This document shows, one piece after another, positions 58,090 through 64,000 of a DNA stretch of 64,000 bases (the first letter of the stretch is position 1; each line of letters begins with the position of its first letter). The stretch is taken from the NCBI GenBank assembly GCA_051313645.2, contig JBNRSN020000002.1:348874001-348938000 (forward strand), given 5' to 3'. Under the pieces are notes generated by a model. That model did not search any database. It had not been told where the DNA came from and saw nothing but the letters and a program-made list of their open reading frames with translations. Origin of the DNA: Centroscyllium fabricii (Eukaryota). The position numbers and the translations under genes are program-made.

Positions 58090-59535
58090 AATGTAGGAAA
58101 ATGGGATTAGAATAGACAGGGCTTGATGGCCGGTGCGGACGCGATGGGCCGAAGGGCCTCTTTCTGTGCTGTATAACTCTGAGGATATAACTGGTAGAAT
58201 AGATATGGGAGAACCAGTGGATGTGGTGTATTTGGACTTTCAGAAGGTTTTCAATAAGGTCCCACCTAAGAGATTAACGTGCAAAGTTAAAGCACACGGG
58301 ATTGGGGGTAAGTACTGTCTTGGATAGAGAACTGGTTGGCAGACAGGAAGCAAAGAGTTGGAATAAACGGGTCTTTTTCCGAGTGGTAGGCAGTGACTAG
58401 TGGGGTACCGCAGGGATCGGTGCTAGGACCCCAGCTATTCACAATATATATATTAATGATCTAGCCTAGGGAACTATATGTAGTATCTCCAAGTTTGTAG
58501 ACGACACAAAGCTGGGTAGGCGTGTGTGCTGTGAGGAGGATGCAGCGAAACTCCAGTATGATTTGGACAGGTTGGGTGATTGGGCAGATGCAGTATAATG
58601 TGGATAAATGCGAGGTTATCCACTTTGGTGTCAAAAACAGGAAGGCATATTATTAGTAGAACGGCAATAGATTAGGAAAAGGGGAAGTGCAACGAGACCT
58701 GGGTGTCCTTGTGCACCAGTCACTGAAGGTAAGCATGCAGGTGCAGCAGGCAGTTAAGAAGGCAAATGGTATGTTGGCCTGCATAGCGAGAGGATTCGAG
58801 TACAGGACCAAGGATGTCTTGCTGCAGTTGTACAGGGTCTTGGTGAACCACAGCTTGAGTATTGTGTGCAGTTTAGTTCACCTTATCTGAGGAAGGATGT
58901 TCTTGCCATGGAGGGCGTGCAGCAAAGATTCACCAGACTGATACCTGGGATGGCAGGAATGACATATGAAGAGAGATTGGGTTGATTAGGCTTATATTTG
59001 CTAGAGTTTAGAAGAATGAGAGGGGATCTCATTGAAATTTATAAAATTTTAACAGGACTAGACAGACTAGATGCAGGAAGGATGTTCCCGATGGCGGGGG
59101 AGTCCAGAACCAGGGGTCACAGTCTAAGGATAAGGGGTAAGCCATTTAGGACTGAGATGAGGAGGAATTTCTTCACCCAGAGAGTGGTGAACCTGTGGAA
59201 TTCTCTACCACAGAAGGCAGTTGAGGCCAATTCATTAAATATATTCAAGAAGGAATTAGATATATTCTGAAGGCTAAAGGGATCAAGGGATATGGGGAGA
59301 AAGCAGGGACAGGGTACTGAATTTGGATGATCAGCCATGATCTCATTAAATGGCGGAGCAGGTTCGAGGGGCCGAATGGCTCCTATCTTCTATGTTTCTG
59401 TCCTCATAGGACAATCCCCCCATCGGTGAACCTTTGTTGCACTTCCTCTATGGCAAGTATATCCTTCCTTTGGTAAGGAGACCAAAACTGTACACAATAC
59501 TCCAGGTGTGGTCTCTCCAGGGCCCTATATATGTG
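58090..59535 (+). mobile_element. CR1 cluster: short tail (58090-58180), ORF2 3' half with tail (58180-59400), small minus-strand piece to 59535
   Basis: DVVYLDFQKVFNKVP, QRDLGVLVH and RRNFFTQRVVNLWNSLP; same subfamily as 2679-7350. Confidence 0.88.
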
Positions 59536-59539
59536 CACT

Positions 59540-59853
59540 CATAGAATCATAGAATCCCTACAGTGCAGATAGAGGCCATTTCGGCCTATCGAGCCTGCAC
59601 CGACACATATCCCACCCTATCCCCGTAACCCCACATATTTAATCGCCCTAACACCAAGGGTCAATTTATCATGGCCAATCAACCTAACCCGCACATCTTT
59701 GGAGTGTGGGAGGAAACCGGAGCACCCGGACGAAACCCACGCAGACACGGGGAGAATGTGCGAACTCCACACAGATAGTCACCCGAGGCCGGATTCGAAC
59801 CCGGGCCCCTGGCACTGTGAGGCAACAGTGCTAACCACTATGCCACCGTGCCG
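59540..59853 (-). mobile_element. HE1/V-SINE, full length, standard tail
   Basis: A-box tggcatagtggtt, B-box ggttcgaatcc, V-domain, tail gattctatgattctatg. Confidence 0.88.
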
Positions 59854-59861
59854 CTCGAGCC

Positions 59862-60015
59862 TAGGTCAGCTAACGGAGCACAGACCCGGCCACCGTGCCG
59901 CCCTCCAGCACAGGTCAGCTGACTGAGCACAGACCCGGAACCAAAGCTGGGACCTTCTCGGTCTGTATGGCTCAGCTACTCTCTGCTTAAAGTCAGTGAA
60001 TTTTTGGGGGAAGCT
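59862..60015 (-). mobile_element. LF-SINE-like 5' head fragment
   Basis: Minus strand ctgagccatacagaccgagaaggtcccag...ggtctgtgctcagtcagctgacc matches the recalled LF-SINE head. Confidence 0.6.
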
Positions 60016-61014
60016 GGACTGACTGAGGGTTTGAATGAAATACGGCAGAATTTTGATTCATGGACAACAGAGTTTCAAAATCAGCTGGACTGGTTGGAGC
60101 TGTATTTCAACATGAACATCAATGATGATTAAAAAAATGTGACAGTTCCTGACTGTGAAGAGCTGTTGAATGCATGCGTTGACTGACTTGCCTACTTTGG
60201 ATTAGAGGATGTTTGTTAAACGTCAAGAAGTTAATATAGTCAAGATTTTCCAAACAATGTAACCCATTTATTTAAGTTGAAATGGCATACCTCCGGCATT
60301 AAATCAGAAAATCTAGACTTGTGTGCCCAAAACTAACATTACTGAACATTAGAAGTTGGTGACTTGTAATTGACTTGAACGTGATTGCTGACCACGCAGC
60401 TAATTTTCTAAAAATTTGGGTCTTTCCTAAATGATAAAGTTTGGGACAAGCTGAGTCAATCCAAATCAGAAACCTTTAAGATCAGTGTTTAATGTTTTAA
60501 AGAATGCATATCCCACTTACATGGGCTTTATTTAACAGCTCTAATGTTTCACAAAGATCCCTAGCTATAGAAGAAGCACTGCCTTTCGAACTGACAAAGA
60601 GAAGGAATCACAGCACATAAGTAGAAAAAGTATGTCTGCACAGAGTGAAAATGAAAACAGAAAAAGATCATATTACAAAACTCTGTTTTCACAGTAGTAG
60701 AATAAATCAAAAACCTACAAGAGTCAGCAGCAAGATAGCTGTGGAAAACAAGGAAATTAATTCTAAAAAGTATGTACAAAATTGGCTAAATGCACTGCTT
60801 GCATGGAATACGTAGTGAAAGAAATGGAGATTGAAAAAAAAAATCAAACATAAAGGAGGTAGAGACTATTCAAGAAGACATTTTGGCATAACTATCAGGA
60901 AGCCACTAAGGAATTTGAAAATCTTTACAGCACGTTAGGGTGCTCATCAGTGCGGTGTCTATAATTTTTGAACAGCCATGTTAGAAACAAAATTGTGGAG
61001 TCAGAGTTATATTA

Positions 61015-61295
61015 GTCTTTTACATTGAATTTACAGCACAATACAGACCATTTGGCCCAACAAGTCTCTGCTGGTTTTTATGCTCCACACGAGTCTCCTC
61101 CTATCGCTCTTCATCTCACCCCATTCACCTTATCCTTCTATTCCTTTCTCCCCCGTAATTATCTAGCTTTCCCTGAAATGCATCTATGCTAATCGCCTTC
61201 AACTACTCCATCTAGTAGCAAATTCTATATTCTAACCACTCTGAATAAAAAAAGTTTCTTCTGAATTAATTATTGGATTTATTCGTGACGGTCTT
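61015..61295 (-). mobile_element. CR1 3' tail fragment
   Basis: Homologous to the 3' UTR type at 8330-8600 and 41090-41330. Confidence 0.6.
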
Positions 61296-61776
61296 AGATT
61301 TATTAATTGTTAATTTAGTAATGACACATACACTTCTGAAACAGATTTGCTGCTTTTACATTATTACTATGCCACTAACTACATCATGTGGGTCTCATGC
61401 AGCCAGTGGCAACCGCAACCTAAACACACCAGATTGTTGTTTTTTGACCAGTCGCCAAGAAGGCCCTTTTTCTTAAACTGGATTTTCTCGATTGCTGCCA
61501 GTCTTCCTGAGTCCAGTGAACACACTGTCCGACTGTGGTGTAAATCCCTGTAATGATGTAATGTAGGGTAAGACACTGTGTCCCCAGTTCATGAAACTTG
61601 TCCCCGAATAGACTAGAGCTATATTCATTGGAATATATGCATATCATACTGTCAGACATAATCAGTGTTTCAGATCAATAGATTAAACAGTGTTATTGTA
61701 TTATTTCTAAATGGTGTCTGAATGCGCTTCAATAGTGTATTTCAATAATAAGCACATTTGTTTTGCATTTGTAGTA

Positions 61777-61811
<35 letters not shown>

Positions 61812-61812
61812 T

Positions 61813-61847
<35 letters not shown>

Positions 61848-63092
61848 CATCCTGGCTACTTTGCTGTGCTTCTACCCTGTGTGAATTTGGTTTAGAAAAT
61901 ATGGTCACCCTAGTGTAATGAGACTTCATGCAGACGTGCAAGCCCAAAATGTTACAGCAAGTTTGCACATGCACAGATTACTAAATTTCATTCTGCAGCC
62001 AGTTCACACAGAAACCGAGTACACTATTCAAATGTAAATACAGGAGAATGGTGCACTTGGGTTGCTCTCCAGATGCCCAGGCTGAAATTAAAAGGAAGCT
62101 TTTGGTAAAAGGGGCATACAGAGAAAGGACAGGTCCTAGAACAAGAATTCATGTTAATTGTAGAAGTGGAGAAGTACCCAGTTCCGAGGTCACGATTTGT
62201 TTGTTAAACCTACAGGTCAACCAGAGTTCACTTAAGATCGGCCTATTCCATGCGTAACAGTTCTAATAACCATTCACACACATACATAGATGAGTTATTA
62301 CAATGGATTCCCCTATGGAGTACTCTGGCCCCTGTCATATTTCAAGTGATGATGGAGCCAGTTCTACAAGGACTCAGGTAATTTGTTGCCTTGATAGTAT
62401 TCCAGCAACAGAAATTAGTGAGCAGAAGCACCAGCAGCAGCTAGAAAGGGTGGTGCACAACTTATAAAACATGACCTGAGGTTACACAAAGATAAATGGA
62501 TTTTTTTTCCAGAACCTAGTTACATAGGGGACAGTGAGGTCAGTTACAGGTCAGATAGCACTCTGAAGCAGTGCCACAATAATATAAAGCTACTCAGCAT
62601 CCTATCCACCTTTGATCATACTAGACACATTTAGCAGACCACTAAGTGTTACACTCAACAACTCAATTTCCAGGACTTCGTAACTGTTAACCCTTTGACA
62701 TTGACCCTTTTTGACACCTACTTAGCCTATTTAATACACTGCCAACACTCTCTTCCTCTCCTCCACCCACAAAAAAACACCAAACCTCAATGAAACGCAA
62801 GTAAAAGGAGCCACAAAAATGAACAGAAAATGCTGGGTAAATTGAAGCCTAGGCTTTCCAGTTTTATCTCACTAGTTTCTTGGCAGATCTGGGACAAAAG
62901 GGACTAGAAATGTGTGGAGGGACACATTCTACCAATGTCCCTGCCTCTTCCCCTCCCTTTCCCCACAGTTTCAGAAGAGCAATCTTGACATCAAATGCGT
63001 CTATCCATGTGTATGTGGGTGGGTGCATGCAAATCTGCAATGGTTCCCTCCATTTGCAGTGCTCCAACGCTGGATGTTGGGACCACCCATTA

Positions 63093-63780
63093 AGCCCCGC
63101 TTTCACCGAGGGCTACGAATATCCCGAATCGTCCCGAATCGAAATTCGTGGCGATTCGGCAAAAAATGAAAAAATTCGTGGTGGATTCGGGAGGAGCTAC
63201 GAATCTGGTACGAATTGATTACGAATTATTCGTGCCGAATGTCAAGAATGGTTTAAGAAACAAGTACGAATTCAAAGAATCAGGTAAGAATTTAACGAAT
63301 AAGGTACGACTCACTTACGAATGTGCCGAATTACTGTACGAATCCACTACGACCGATTTGTACTTGATTCGTACTACATTCAGGACATTCGTGCCTGTTT
63401 CGTGATGTATTCGGCGTGGGTCCACGAATTTGAGGGAGTCACGAATGCCCAAGAATAGGCCAGAATGCAGAAGAAGCGATTACGAAGCGGTTACGAACGA
63501 TAAGAAAGGGTTACGAACGATAAGAAAGGTTCACGAAGTGTTTACGAATCATTCACGAATTGGACATTCGTTAACCCTCCCACGAAAGTTTTTGACAAGC
63601 AAAAACTTTCGTGCCAAATTAACGAAATCACGCGAACTCACGCGAACTGTACGAATGTCTACGAATCAACTACGAATCAACTACGAATCGTTTACGAATT
63701 GCAAGAATTATCTACGAACCGGACAAATTTCAGATTCGGGACGATTCGGGATTTTCGTAGCCTCCAGTGAAAGCGGGGCT
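63093..63780. mobile_element. PIF/Harbinger non-autonomous element with dense ACGAA motifs
   Basis: TIRs AGCCCCGCTTTCAC / GTGAAAGCGGGGCT extending to ~48 bp; TTA TSD at 63090-63092 and 63781-63783. Confidence 0.9.
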
Positions 63781-64000
63781 TTAGGCCTGGCATTCAGATG
63801 TCATTTTAGGGGAATTTGGACCAAATTGAGAAGAGGGCCCTGTGCAAGTCCTTACAGAACACCGATGAGCACAGGCCCCAGTAAGAAAAAAATGGGTCCA
63901 CAAGCAGTGCACTGGCTGTTCTAGGCCGGGTTTTTCCTTCAGACTGGTGCAATCTCATAGCTGGAAATAAAGCCAGGGTCAAGAAGCATTTCAGGGGTGG

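Noticed and set aside
59780-59853. tRNA genes at HE1 heads (also ~31915-31987 and ~38810-38881)
   Set aside because: A/B boxes are followed by V-domain and LINE tail, so these are SINE heads, not tRNA genes.
63093-63924. CRISPR-like array or repetitive protein ORFs
   Set aside because: No constant repeat-spacer period; the region is bounded by TIRs and a TTA TSD, so it is a MITE and the ORFs are incidental.

Overview
Vertebrate genomic DNA, most likely from a cartilaginous fish (inferred from HE1/V-SINEs, LF-SINE-like copies and a CR1-dominated landscape). The only host gene is the 3' part of ZNF827 on the minus strand: 8 coding exons between 36942 and 11027 with GT-AG junctions and matching phases. 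I found no further upstream exon, so 36943-64000 is probably one long intron. The rest is a dense, nested mobile-element landscape. It holds many CR1 LINEs (one young copy with an intact 962-aa ORF2 nested in an older CR1), L2, RTE and Rex1/Babar fragments, and a Tigger/pogo transposon with its own MITE. It also holds Harbinger-type MITEs, two clean solo LTRs, Penelope-derived hammerhead-ribozyme motifs and a near-complete young Ty3/Gypsy element (45142-49941). The most unusual object is the Gypsy element. It has no tRNA primer-binding site; instead, its 25-nt leader carries a perfect 13-nt complement to the poly(A)-signal region of its own LTR (candidate self-priming or poly(A)-occlusion switch), and its RT catalytic motif is YLDN rather than YxDD. 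Family names come from recalled motifs and consensus sequences, not database searches.
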